The position numbers were made by a program, and so were the translations under genes. This document shows positions 27,419 through 36,976 of a stretch of 64,000 bases of DNA, piece after piece. The notes under the pieces were generated by a model, which had not been told where the DNA came from, made no database searches, and saw only the letters and a program-made list of their open reading frames with translations. The stretch is from a virus: positions 21,711-85,710 of the IMG/VR virus record IMGVR_UViG_3300044627_003499. One strand, 5' to 3'. Numbering within the stretch: the stretch's first letter is position 1; each line of letters begins with the position of its first letter.

Positions 27419-28431
27419 CCAGCCCTAAAGACGGAAGCAGCATAAGGATTAGAAGAAGCAAGAATATCGCGCACTGTTTGACCAGCCTGTTGCTGTGCAC
27501 CGCCTGCAAGTTGTGCAGCGTACATCTGACGGTTTAATGCGCCAGTGAGTTGACCAAGTTGTTGGTTGAGCTGCATTTGGTTCTGCATGTCAACGCCGCG
27601 ATACTGTTGATAAAGCGGAAGCATTTGTTCAGCAGTTTTGACGTTGCCACTACGAAGTGCTTCAGCTGCTTGAAGATCGCCCGTGGTAAGACCGGGGATG
27701 GCACCACCAAGAATCCCAGATTGTCCTGCTTCACGTTTTGCGCCAGTTACTGCTTCAACAGCTTTGGCAGCACCACCGGCAAGAGCTTTAGTCGCGCCGC
27801 CACCAATTGTGGCACCAATGATGGAACCAACGGGTCCGCCAACAGCACCACCAAGTAAACCACCAGCAACAGTACCGGCCGCACCAAGTACATCACCTTG
27901 TGCAAGAGCAAGGCCACCACCAATCAAGGGGCCGTATTTACCAGCGAGTGCTAATCCTGCACCACGTAAAGTTGTTCTACCGGTGTTCTGTAAAACAGAC
28001 TGACCCAACTGACTTGCCCTTGCTTGATCACGCATCCCGGCAAGGTTAATACCGGGTCCGCTATTTCCGCCAGGGGGGGATGCTGAAACGCCCGCACCTG
28101 TCACAGGAGGGCGTCCACTGCCGCCACCACCAGCTGCACCCATCGGAGGAATAGAAGAGGCGCCTCCTCCCGTCCCTGGGGCTGCATTTGCTCCGGCAGT
28201 TCCAAAAGTAGATCCGGTAACTTGCGCACCGCCACCACCGCCGCCCGTAATAGGAAACCCTTGACGAGTGCTACTTGCCCCACCACCAGTAACTTGAACA
28301 CCCGGCTGGGAAGCACCGCCCCCGCCAAGGTAATTCATGATTTGTTGAAGAAAGCCAGGGTCCTGTTGCATCCGACGTTGCAGGTCCCCTGGATCCATAG
28401 AAGCACCGCCGCTTCCTGTAACGTTTGCCAT
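27415..28431 (-). CDS. Gly-rich putative ejection/pilot protein
   Basis: Glycine-zipper GGLLGGAVGGPVGSIIGATIGG segment. Confidence 0.6.
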   Translation of the reverse strand: MANVTGSGGASMDPGDLQRRMQQDPGFLQQIMNYLGGGGASQPGVQVTGGGASSTRQGFPITGGGGGGAQVTGSTFGTAGANAAPGTGGGASSIPPMGAAGGGGSGRPPVTGAGVSASPPGGNSGPGINLAGMRDQARASQLGQSVLQNTGRTTLRGAGLALAGKYGPLIGGGLALAQGDVLGAAGTVAGGLLGGAVGGPVGSIIGATIGGGATKALAGGAAKAVEAVTGAKREAGQSGILGGAIPGLTTGDLQAAEALRSGNVKTAEQMLPLYQQYRGVDMQNQMQLNQQLGQLTGALNRQMYAAQLAGGAQQQAGQTVRDILASSNPYAASVFRAG

Positions 28432-28472
28432 TATTGGAATATTTGTTATTGCTAAATTCTATCACTGCTATT

Positions 28473-29501
28473 TCACTGAGGAGTGTAAGAAGAATACTCA
28501 GAAGTTGTAGGCAGTTGTGGTCGATTGCCTGCAGCAATTGCGGCATTGGTAAGATTGCCTGCCGCAACACCAGCCACTGAGCCACCTGCTGCTGCGGCAA
28601 TGGTTCCCAATAATTTCTTAACTGGTGAAGTACCTGGTCGATTCAAAGCAATAGCCGCCTGCCGTGCAGCAAGAGTACCTGCAGTAAAGCCGCCAACCAT
28701 TGGTAAGGTAACTGGAAATCCAAGCATGCGAACTTCGGGATTACCTTGTAGGTTTTCTGTGGTTCCTTTGATAATACCAAGACCAAGCAGGCCCTTATCG
28801 TTGTACAAGTAATTCATGTAGTTACCGTAACGCTGGGGAGTAAGACTTGGAATGTCTTGTTTTGCTGTTTCATATTTCAACGGATCACCAGTACGCCCTA
28901 AAAAGAAACGTTCAAACATTTCTTGAACAGGTTGTCCGGTTTGACGCCTATCCTCTGCGCCTTTTGGTGAATAAGATTGAGCGTACCCCTCAGGCCGAAA
29001 CTGCTCTTCTGGATTAGTAATGTCAAATGTGCCAGCGGCTGAAATAGCTGGAGCAGCAATTGCAAGTGCAGTGGCAGCACGAATTGTGGGGGAGGGAATT
29101 ACCTTTTCATTAATGCCTAAACCAACACCTGCCTGCGATACGGCAAGCGGGTGATTGTAACGCCACATGTAGGTACGTGTGCCGTCATTAGCGGCGTCCA
29201 CAACGAGACGTGAGGTATAAGCACCTAAGAACTGCGCTGGTGTGCCACGGAGGGTCACACCTTCTGCTGCTAACGATTGTTTAAAACGTGGATCAAGAAT
29301 ACTTTGGCCGTAACCAAGTCCCGATCCAACAGAAGATGCACCGGGTTTATATGCAGCATTTGCACCTCCTGCGCTGGTACCTGGGGCACTTTTTGTGTAC
29401 ACACCTTTTTGGCCAGCTTGAATTACATCGGCTTTACGTGCACCAAGTTTGATGTCTTCCCAGATGCTTCCAAGTTGTTGTACAAGATTTTCTTTCTTCA
29501 T
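28473..29501 (-). CDS. putative internal virion protein
   Basis: 342-aa ORF with Ala/Gly-rich hydrophobic segments. Confidence 0.6.
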   Translation of the reverse strand: MKKENLVQQLGSIWEDIKLGARKADVIQAGQKGVYTKSAPGTSAGGANAAYKPGASSVGSGLGYGQSILDPRFKQSLAAEGVTLRGTPAQFLGAYTSRLVVDAANDGTRTYMWRYNHPLAVSQAGVGLGINEKVIPSPTIRAATALAIAAPAISAAGTFDITNPEEQFRPEGYAQSYSPKGAEDRRQTGQPVQEMFERFFLGRTGDPLKYETAKQDIPSLTPQRYGNYMNYLYNDKGLLGLGIIKGTTENLQGNPEVRMLGFPVTLPMVGGFTAGTLAARQAAIALNRPGTSPVKKLLGTIAAAAGGSVAGVAAGNLTNAAIAAGNRPQLPTTSEYSSYTPQ

Positions 29502-30112
29502 TACATTGCCCCCCTGGTCAGTGCATATGGATCAATGGCGCCACGGAAAAGACTTGATTCGACGCCTTGCATTTGAAACATCGTCCCAGGTGATAATGCT
29601 TCTTGGCTTCCAGGATTCATTGCTTGGCGCTGCATTAATTGTTGTTCAGCAGTTGCCGTTTGATCCATTACAACTGGTTCTGCAGATAGCTGTTGAAGTT
29701 CCTGTTGAGATAAACCTGCAATTTGACTGGAAGCAAAAATAGGTTCCACAAGCATTGGTGCTGCAATCGATGTACCAATCATCAATGCAGACTGAGGACC
29801 ACTTGGTCGATATTCTTGATGGCTAACCTTGCTACCCGGTGGAGTAACGGTGTAGTATTTACCCGCAAGCTTGGGATTAATTTTACCAAGTTGCTTGGCC
29901 GCACCCGCACTTAACAGGGCATCGGCTGCGCCAACCGCAAGTCCTGCAACCGGATTGCCTGTAAACATTGCAGTGGATGCACCTGACCACAAACCGCCGA
30001 GCGCAGAATGTCCCAACAATTCTTTGCCGCCACCAGCGAGACGTTGCTGGATAACAGGGGCGTTTTTAACACCTTGCAATGCAGCCCCAATTCTTCCAGC
30101 TAGTCCCAACAT
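29501..30112 (-). CDS. putative internal virion protein
   Basis: 203-aa ORF, TAATG-coupled. Confidence 0.6.
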   Translation of the reverse strand: MLGLAGRIGAALQGVKNAPVIQQRLAGGGKELLGHSALGGLWSGASTAMFTGNPVAGLAVGAADALLSAGAAKQLGKINPKLAGKYYTVTPPGSKVSHQEYRPSGPQSALMIGTSIAAPMLVEPIFASSQIAGLSQQELQQLSAEPVVMDQTATAEQQLMQRQAMNPGSQEALSPGTMFQMQGVESSLFRGAIDPYALTRGAM

Positions 30113-30146
30113 TTTTATACTTCTTATTTGCTTATTTTACGATCAG

Positions 30147-30800
30147 TTATTTAAGTGTTTTGCCGGGGGAGGTATTTGTTTCAACTGATTCTTCGTCGAC
30201 AGTGTCCTCGCCTTCTTTTTCTTCTTCCTTGACCGGCATTGATTTCATGACGCCTTTACGATCAAGAAGTTGAGCAATTGACGGTTTATCCTTAACCTCG
30301 TTCTCCGCACGTTTTTCTGCCATTGCCATTAAGTATCCATTAGGATCCGGATTACGCATCCGTGGCATTGGATTCTTAGCGACCTTACTTGGATTTAGTG
30401 TTGGACTAAGTTTGTATGCTTCAATCCATTGAGGATTGAAGTCAGGTTGGTCCTGGGGGCGCTGCGCAGTTTTTGGTCGACCTTCTTCAAAATCGTAAGC
30501 AGTAGGACGATCAAACGTCCCTAGGCCAAACATGTCATATGCTTCGGTTACTTTGCTGTTGTCATCAAAGAATGGTGTATTACCAACAAAGTCAAGATCC
30601 GGGTTTAAGGTGATCTTACGCGTCATGGCACGACGCATTAAATCTTGTTGACCAAACCTTGATGGGTTCCAGGGATACTGGCCGGTTTCCGCTTCGGAGC
30701 GAAACAAGTCGTCAAAATCTAATCGTTTGGCAATTTCACCACGGCGATTAAATGGGTTTTGAATGTAACGACCTAGATCAAGCCTGTCATCTTTTGCCAT
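30147..30800 (-). CDS. hypothetical protein
   Basis: 217-aa ORF. Confidence 0.6.
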   Translation of the reverse strand: MAKDDRLDLGRYIQNPFNRRGEIAKRLDFDDLFRSEAETGQYPWNPSRFGQQDLMRRAMTRKITLNPDLDFVGNTPFFDDNSKVTEAYDMFGLGTFDRPTAYDFEEGRPKTAQRPQDQPDFNPQWIEAYKLSPTLNPSKVAKNPMPRMRNPDPNGYLMAMAEKRAENEVKDKPSIAQLLDRKGVMKSMPVKEEEKEGEDTVDEESVETNTSPGKTLK

Positions 30801-31024
30801 CAGCCTTCAGATTTCTTCTGGTCTTTTTTCTTCTTTAATCCTACCAACGTTTGGCGAAGCCGTGCTTGCTTCACCGTTTTTTCGTCGTACTTATCCGGAT
30901 TGGAAAGAACATTCTCCTGGAGCTGGGCAGAAGTAATGCCTTTCTTTTTGGCTTTAGCTGTAAAGGCGCCTTCTTTGATGTCAGCGCCTTGGATCCACTT
31001 TTTGTTTTTCTTTTTTTCAGCCAT
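30800..31024 (-). CDS. small basic conserved phage protein
   Basis: KKWIQGADIKEGAFTAKAKK...KQARLRQTL pattern. Confidence 0.65.
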   Translation of the reverse strand: MAEKKKNKKWIQGADIKEGAFTAKAKKKGITSAQLQENVLSNPDKYDEKTVKQARLRQTLVGLKKKKDQKKSEG

Positions 31025-31056
31025 TGTTTTAAGAGATTGTTTTAACTTTACCGAAA

Positions 31057-34000
31057 TTATCCTTGGTAAGTGCGAATTGGTCCACCGCGCCTATACGCAG
31101 ATCGCATAAGGTCATTCCTCCAATCTTCAGCACCAGGATCAATGCCATACGGTGGGATGTTGGTAACTTTACCACCACGGAAGCCTTCTGCTGTAACAAG
31201 TTTATCCATCCGTGGATAAGCAATGTTTTGTCCTTGAGTAGTAGTTTGAATAACCGGCTGTAAACCAGCGCCCATTACTACTTGTTCTGTCCAACCGCCA
31301 ATACGAGACAAACCTGGGGACTGCGTTAATGGACCAATTGGGGCAGGCTCTAATCCAGTCACAAAAAATTCTTGTGGCTCATTGCTGTAATAACGAGCTT
31401 TCTCGCCACGGCGAGTTAAATTCAAACTTTCAGAAGGGGCTCCAATGTCACGGCGGACACCAGGGGTAACACTTGTTGTTGGTTGAACAACCACGGTGCC
31501 GCCGGGCATATCACCAATGAACGGGCTTAAAGGAGTTAACGCACTACGCCCCGGTTGATATTGCGCATAAAGGGTACGTTTGCTGGGATCTTGACCAGGG
31601 AGGCCGAGCGTTGACTTAAGACGTAACGGAGACCTGCGCGATACTTGGGCTGATTCACCAGGATCAGGTAAAAGTTCTAATTGCCTTAATGGCGTTCTTG
31701 TTGGAGTTACAAACCTTTCCGGAGATGCAATAACTTTTGCTTGAAGACCGCCCGTCAAAGCGTCTGCCAAGAAAGCCTGGGCATTTGCTTCGACTTGAGT
31801 TGAAATTGCACGGTTTGCTCGAGTACCTGCAACGTTGTAAACAGTACCCAAGACATCGGGATTGTCTTGAGTTAAATAACGACCTGTTGGCGTTTTAATG
31901 GCGCCAGTAATGCGTGGTTGACGAATGACGCTATTTGCTTTGCTTTTGCCTGTAAAAATTACAGGGCCAGCAGCTTCGGCGGCAGCTCCTGTATAAACAT
32001 CAGCAGCTCCCAGGATTGGGCCAAGGTCTTCGTCAGTGGTATACCCAGTTCTAAGTTGAGTGACACTCGGAAGCACGGGGAGTGGCTCAGAAGGATCAAC
32101 AATCATTCCGCGCCTTAACGTTTCCATTGAACGAGCTACGTCTTGTGCAGGTCCAGAGGGAACCGTTGGGCGCAGATTACGAGCTTGCTGCAATACCTCT
32201 TGCGAGGCAGCAACAGCAGCCCTGGAGCGATCCAAAGCATCTAACTGTAAAGACGTAGGTTCTGCTCTTTTGGATGCCCTAGTACGCAAAACTTCAGACG
32301 CCATTCTGGCAAGTTCTTCATCAAATGCACTACCAAAAGTTTTTTCAGGATCAACAGATTGAACAGGCAAGTTTAATTGTTGAGTTGCGCCATATTTTGT
32401 ATATTTAGATGTTACAAGATTTTTTAGATATTGATTCATTGAGGCCTGCTGGCCCATTGTAATCAATTCCGTTAGGTCTTCATCGGAAGCTCTATTAAGT
32501 TCATTTAAAAGTTGTGCTTTTATTTTATATTCCGTACCTTGTTTTAACCTGGTTTTTAACCCTGTATCGGCAGAAACAAACTCACCAGCCGCATCTTGAT
32601 AAACAACATCGCCAGTAACACCAGGTTTACCACCACGCAAAGCTTTGCCGCGCATGGTGGTTTCAATTGGAACAGCGCCACCTGTCAATAAAGAATCAAT
32701 GTCTTCACCTAAATTTGTAGTTGGCGCATCGCGTAATTCAGCGCGTTGGCGAGCATTGTCAACAAGTTGTAATTGATCGTTTAATTCTTCTCTGTAAGTT
32801 TTGTTAAATTCTGCGGCAAATTGTTCGGGTGACAATTGCTCGCGTGGCAGTTGATTTTCATTCCTGATGTCAGCAAGAATTTGTTCGGCTTGCGCTTGAA
32901 GAGTTCTTGCTTTTTCTACACGATCTTGAACTTGTGCTGCTTGAATTTTATTCTCCGCAGAGTAATCAAAATCTGTATCAATTTCTTTTGCACGTAAATA
33001 TTGACGCGCTTGTTGTGCCAGGGGATCACCAATTTCTTCTTGGCTTAAAGCCCTGGGGGAAATACGAAAAGATTGTTTGTTTTGAAGATCAAGTACGTTT
33101 AATCCCCAATCTTCTGCCTGATCAACAGGAAGACCATCTGGAAGTTGTGCAGCAACTCGATTAATTGGAGCATCTGCTTCATATCCAATCATTTCAGATG
33201 GAGTTGCATTTTGAATCATGGCTTGACGGTCAGCTTCTGCCATGTCCTCCAGAAGGTCAACCCTGGACAGGTCAACATCCTCATTACGTTGAAGTTGTTG
33301 TTTTACTCGCCCTGTTTGTTGATCTTCTGCAGAGTAAACGGCATTAACTGATTGATCGGAAATTACCGCAGCAGTTGATTGTTGTTTTTCAACTTGCGTG
33401 GGAACATATCCAGATTGTTCCAGGCGTTCTTGTAGGAAGTTTTTAGGTGTAGCACGGAGTGGCTCTAAAACTTTTTCTTCTGCTGTATCACGAATTAAGT
33501 TACGGTACTCAGCTTGAGCTTTTGCCTGCATACTGCGGGCTTCTGACAGCTCTTCTGCTTTTTGTTGACGAACAAGCGACAATAACTCTGGATCTTGTGA
33601 CAAACGCTCTGCTGCATTGACACCAGTAATTTCACGTTGTGCAGAAGTGATGTCTGCAAAAGAACCTGGTTGACGACTGTAGTAAGTAGACGGTAATTCA
33701 GTTGCTTGACCTTGTAAACGTGACAAATCAGTCACAATCGGTCCGGTGACTGGGCGTACGGGTGTGGCACTGACGGGTACAGCGCTTAATGACGGGGAAG
33801 GAGCACCGGTTTGTGCAACTAATGAGGCAAGGTCGGTCTGAATTACCCCGGGCATCCGCTCAGCACGGGCTTCACGGGTGATTTGCTCCATGCGACGCAC
33901 TCGGTCGGCAGTGGAGCCAGGGGATGGTGGTGTTTGTGACCTTGTTACCTTTGGGTTCTCCGGCATTTGAGTTGCAGCCGCACGCCGCACCGCCTCATAG

Positions 34001-34191
34001 TTGGGTGCGCCAGGGCGTTTAGCTTCACGCGGAGGGGCCTGCTGGGCCATACGACCCCTTAAGTAGCGTGTTCCAGCAATACCGCCGGCTACAGCACCTG
34101 CTGCAAGGGCGGCTTTACCCAAAAAGTCAAGCAATCCACCTTCTTCTTGCTGCTGAGGTTGTTGATAGTACGCGTATTGCTCAGGAGTCAT
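31057..34191 (-). CDS. large putative internal virion protein
   Basis: 1044-aa low-complexity ORF with an N-terminal Ala/Gly hydrophobic helix. Confidence 0.65.
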   Translation of the reverse strand: MTPEQYAYYQQPQQQEEGGLLDFLGKAALAAGAVAGGIAGTRYLRGRMAQQAPPREAKRPGAPNYEAVRRAAATQMPENPKVTRSQTPPSPGSTADRVRRMEQITREARAERMPGVIQTDLASLVAQTGAPSPSLSAVPVSATPVRPVTGPIVTDLSRLQGQATELPSTYYSRQPGSFADITSAQREITGVNAAERLSQDPELLSLVRQQKAEELSEARSMQAKAQAEYRNLIRDTAEEKVLEPLRATPKNFLQERLEQSGYVPTQVEKQQSTAAVISDQSVNAVYSAEDQQTGRVKQQLQRNEDVDLSRVDLLEDMAEADRQAMIQNATPSEMIGYEADAPINRVAAQLPDGLPVDQAEDWGLNVLDLQNKQSFRISPRALSQEEIGDPLAQQARQYLRAKEIDTDFDYSAENKIQAAQVQDRVEKARTLQAQAEQILADIRNENQLPREQLSPEQFAAEFNKTYREELNDQLQLVDNARQRAELRDAPTTNLGEDIDSLLTGGAVPIETTMRGKALRGGKPGVTGDVVYQDAAGEFVSADTGLKTRLKQGTEYKIKAQLLNELNRASDEDLTELITMGQQASMNQYLKNLVTSKYTKYGATQQLNLPVQSVDPEKTFGSAFDEELARMASEVLRTRASKRAEPTSLQLDALDRSRAAVAASQEVLQQARNLRPTVPSGPAQDVARSMETLRRGMIVDPSEPLPVLPSVTQLRTGYTTDEDLGPILGAADVYTGAAAEAAGPVIFTGKSKANSVIRQPRITGAIKTPTGRYLTQDNPDVLGTVYNVAGTRANRAISTQVEANAQAFLADALTGGLQAKVIASPERFVTPTRTPLRQLELLPDPGESAQVSRRSPLRLKSTLGLPGQDPSKRTLYAQYQPGRSALTPLSPFIGDMPGGTVVVQPTTSVTPGVRRDIGAPSESLNLTRRGEKARYYSNEPQEFFVTGLEPAPIGPLTQSPGLSRIGGWTEQVVMGAGLQPVIQTTTQGQNIAYPRMDKLVTAEGFRGGKVTNIPPYGIDPGAEDWRNDLMRSAYRRGGPIRTYQG

Positions 34192-34299
34192 GTAATTAAA
34201 GGTTTATTGCCTGATTATTTGATATGTCAACATTCTATTGTTGACAAATCTAGAAAACATGGGCGCTATAGTGAAACAATAACGTATTTGATTCCAGGG

Positions 34300-34512
34300 A
34301 TGGACGCCGGTACACGCCAAAAACGGGTCGAAGCTCTTGAAGCAATTAAAGATAGGGCTCTTGGGATGGCTGAAAAGAATACTGATCCGTTTGAAGTGCG
34401 TGATTTTGTGACTTCAGCCAAAAAAGAACTGGCATATGAGTTGCCAGACGAAGAAGCATTCAAAAAAGCAATGAACGCAACCCTCGCGTACAAGCGTAAA
34501 AAGGAATCTTAG
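34300..34512 (+). CDS. hypothetical protein
   Basis: MDAGTRQKRVEALE... from ATG 34300, followed by a terminator. Confidence 0.6.
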   Translation: MDAGTRQKRVEALEAIKDRALGMAEKNTDPFEVRDFVTSAKKELAYELPDEEAFKKAMNATLAYKRKKES

Positions 34513-34536
34513 AAATATAAGGACTTTTAAATATCG

Positions 34537-34562
34537 GCCGGGGTAAATGACCCCGGCTTTTT
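34537..34562 (+). terminator. intrinsic terminator
   Basis: GCCGGGGT-aaatg-ACCCCGGC-TTTTT. Confidence 0.85.
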
Positions 34563-35029
34563 TGTCTAAAAATTTGGGATAAACCTTGTTTTACATGACA
34601 CAATCGCACTTTTACTTAAAAGAGGGGCCGTATAGACCCCAAAAAGGGACTAGATTTTCCTGACGCTTCTCCACCCACCCACCCGAATGCGATCACGGGG
34701 AGAAAAAAAAGAATGGCGGCGGTGGCAGTGAGAGTAGGAGGGGGTGCGGTGGCACCAATAATCCCCTAACTACGTTATAACGATAGTGTTATACCCGCTC
34801 ACTTCGTTCGCTAGTGCGACGAGCGGGCAAATATATACTGTCGTCCCTATCAAGCCTCAACCAACAGTAAGAACTAAGACATTCAGCTGATATAATCCCG
34901 TATCGCGCTGCGATATGCTTAGCTACACTCTCCTCCTGTTTTCAGGAAGAACTGTTGTCAATACTGGGTTTTCGGGGGTTGCGCATCCGTACAACGCAGA
35001 CATTCCATTGCAAACTTGAGGTCAACTCA

Positions 35030-35335
35030 ATGCTAACCAAAGAGATTCGCCGCGTCCGCTTGTCGGGTCGCGAATATCACGGCGTCACTTGCAACAAGCT
35101 TGCAGAGAAAGCCGCACAAGAAGCAAGGGCTAAAGGATGGCAGACCTGGACAATGTACAACCAATCAGACGTTTTGGACTGGGCTACCACGGTGGCACAG
35201 AAACCTGGAACCAACTGGTACATCATCGGTCAATGGATCGAGGATGACGAAGTTGTATACAAGGTCCAAGGCAAACGGCAGGACGTACTGAAACAGTGGC
35301 TCTGCTACACCAACGCCCTTGAACCAAACTACTGA
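35030..35335 (+). CDS. hypothetical early protein
   Basis: ATG 35030 preceded by an ACTCAA leader. Confidence 0.6.
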   Translation: MLTKEIRRVRLSGREYHGVTCNKLAEKAAQEARAKGWQTWTMYNQSDVLDWATTVAQKPGTNWYIIGQWIEDDEVVYKVQGKRQDVLKQWLCYTNALEPNY

Positions 35336-35398
35336 TCCGTACAAGCGGGTCCAGGGGTGCAAACCCCCTGGTAGTTATTGCCACACACTGAGTGTGGC
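35327..35398 (+). ncRNA. tRNA-mimic element 1 + hairpin module X
   Basis: AACTA/TAGTT outer stem, CCAGGGG-TGCAAAC-CCCCTGG T-arm, GCCACAC-actga-GTGTGGC. Confidence 0.65.
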
Positions 35399-35409
35399 TT
35401 CAGAGGACC

Positions 35410-35610
35410 ATGGGACTTCGCTCTTCACTCGGCAAAGCTGTAAGCGCTGGTTGGACTGTGTTCAACCATGAGATGGCTGCAGGTTTGGCCGAACATCAGA
35501 TCAATGCTGCTGCTGCTGCTGTTCAACGCAGAAACAAGCATATTGACAGCTTGATCACTGGTGACTACGGACGCTCAACTTCGAGCGGTCGAAAGATCAC
35601 CTTTAGCTAA
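35410..35610 (+). CDS. hypothetical early protein
   Basis: ORF between elements 1 and 2; GAGG SD. Confidence 0.6.
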   Translation: MGLRSSLGKAVSAGWTVFNHEMAAGLAEHQINAAAAAVQRRNKHIDSLITGDYGRSTSSGRKITFS

Positions 35611-35676
35611 CCCTGGTGGGTCAAGGGAGGTTCGATTCCTCCCTTAGTTATTGCCTCCAGCGGAGATAGGCACCGC
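35604..35676 (+). ncRNA. tRNA-mimic element 2 + pseudoknot module Y
   Basis: TAGCTAA/TTAGTTA 7-bp stem, GGGAGG-TTCGATT-CCTCCC canonical T-arm, TGCCT-ccaGCGGagat-AGGCA-CCGC. Confidence 0.7.
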
Positions 35677-35692
35677 ACAACAGGAGATTCCT

Positions 35693-35893
35693 GTGGCCAA
35701 GCGCGCAATTATTGTTCAATTTCAGGAAGATCATCCCGGCAATCCGGGGTGGTGGAGGTACAGCCGACCTGTGCTTCGGCACGTAACACAAGTACCAAAC
35801 AGCTCCACTATTAGGTGGCGATCATGCGGTTCACAGCCTTGCTTTGAGTGCCGTCAGGCACAAAAAGAGTGGGATCTGAAGTACAGCAGCTGA
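35693..35893 (+). CDS. hypothetical early protein
   Basis: GTG start with AGGAG SD, between elements 2 and 3. Confidence 0.55.
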   Translation: MAKRAIIVQFQEDHPGNPGWWRYSRPVLRHVTQVPNSSTIRWRSCGSQPCFECRQAQKEWDLKYSS

Positions 35894-35961
35894 TCCGTTA
35901 AAGCGGGTTGGGAGGTGCAAACCCTCCCACAGTTATTACCCCCAGCGGAGATGGGTACCGC
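35888..35961 (+). ncRNA. tRNA-mimic element 3 + module Y
   Basis: AGCTG/CAGTT, TGGGAGG-TGCAAAC-CCTCCCA, TACCC-ccaGCGGagat-GGGTA-CCGC. Confidence 0.65.
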
Positions 35962-35977
35962 ATGTTTTATCGTCATC

Positions 35978-36133
35978 ATGACAACTACATACCAGCAACT
36001 CCGTCAGTATTTTACTGAACAAGAGTTAGACAACGCAACAATTATTACGCGCCATATTCAACATAATTTTCCGCACATGACATATGCAGAAATCTACATC
36101 AATCTTCTGGTTCAGATGATTGCCGAACGTTAA
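35978..36133 (+). CDS. hypothetical early protein
   Basis: MTTTYQQLRQYF... between elements 3 and 4. Confidence 0.55.
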   Translation: MTTTYQQLRQYFTEQELDNATIITRHIQHNFPHMTYAEIYINLLVQMIAER

Positions 36134-36203
36134 GTACCGGGCGTGATGCCGGGGGATCGAATCCCCCCACTTAACACTTGCCTTCAGCGGAGATAGGCAC
36201 CGC
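36129..36203 (+). ncRNA. tRNA-mimic element 4 + module Y
   Basis: GTTAAGT/ACTTAAC perfect 7-bp stem, GGGGG-ATCGAAT-CCCCC, TGCCT-tcaGCGGagat-AGGCA-CCGC. Confidence 0.7.
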
Positions 36204-36219
36204 ACACATGGAGTTATCC

Positions 36220-36510
36220 ATGGATCTGACTACAGGTTGGAAACAACATACCAACGTACCTGGTGGTTATCACCTGGTTTACGTTGATGCTTTGGTTGGT
36301 GAGATATCCATTGTTACCGGACCGCAAGGTTCAGGACTAATGGCGTCTAACAATCCAGGGCAAGAACCCACGTATGAAGTGTGGTTTCCAGGTATGCGCA
36401 ATCCAACCGGCCATTTAACACTTGATGAGATTAAAGGAATCATCAAGTACATGCGCCAATGTGAAGAAGAACGCATATGGACAGCGTGTAGTGAATACGA
36501 GAACGATTGA
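36220..36510 (+). CDS. hypothetical early protein
   Basis: ATG 36220 with GGAG SD; ISIVTGP.G.GL...TYEVW. Confidence 0.6.
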   Translation: MDLTTGWKQHTNVPGGYHLVYVDALVGEISIVTGPQGSGLMASNNPGQEPTYEVWFPGMRNPTGHLTLDEIKGIIKYMRQCEEERIWTACSEYEND

Positions 36511-36573
36511 TCCGTAAAAGCGGGAGGCAGGGTGCAAACCCCTGCCCAGTTATTGCCACACACTAAGTGTGGC
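36505..36573 (+). ncRNA. tRNA-mimic element 5 + module X
   Basis: GGCAGGG-TGCAAAC-CCCTGCC, GCCACAC-actaa-GTGTGGC. Confidence 0.65.
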
Positions 36574-36588
36574 TCAACTTAACGCAAC

Positions 36589-36777
36589 ATGAGCCCAACT
36601 AAATTTATCGTAATCAGCGTATCCATCTGGATGGTAAGCATGGGTGCTATCAGCCCCATCATTATTCATCAGTTGGATAAAGCAACTGCCAAACAGTGTT
36701 TGACACATGATTGGCCCAAGACTGCACATCAGCTCCATATGGACTGGTGCGCCGCTAACAACTATCCCACTCACTGA
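36589..36777 (+). CDS. small membrane-anchored protein
   Basis: N-terminal hydrophobic helix, then QCLTHDWP...H..WC..N.Y, a cyanophage-type motif. Confidence 0.6.
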   Translation: MSPTKFIVISVSIWMVSMGAISPIIIHQLDKATAKQCLTHDWPKTAHQLHMDWCAANNYPTH

Positions 36778-36778
36778 C

Positions 36779-36976
36779 ATGTATTTCATCACACTTGACG
36801 GTAAACAGTACCGTCAGTACTCAGCCAACGAGTACGTCGATGCATTGGAAGATGCCGCACAATTGGACCACATCTACAACTCACCAGAGTTGAATGATGG
36901 CGTCCAGGGTACCCATGACATCAGACTTCTCATCCTTCCTGAGATGATGATGTCCGATGTTGAGATGGTCATCTGA
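36779..36976 (+). CDS. hypothetical early protein
   Basis: MYFITLDGKQY... from ATG 36779. Confidence 0.55.
   Translation: MYFITLDGKQYRQYSANEYVDALEDAAQLDHIYNSPELNDGVQGTHDIRLLILPEMMMSDVEMVI

Noticed and set aside
35333-35398. Hammerhead or HDV-like (theta) ribozyme
   Set aside because: CTGA is not followed by nGA and there is no GAAA core; the downstream modules are too short for a nested double pseudoknot
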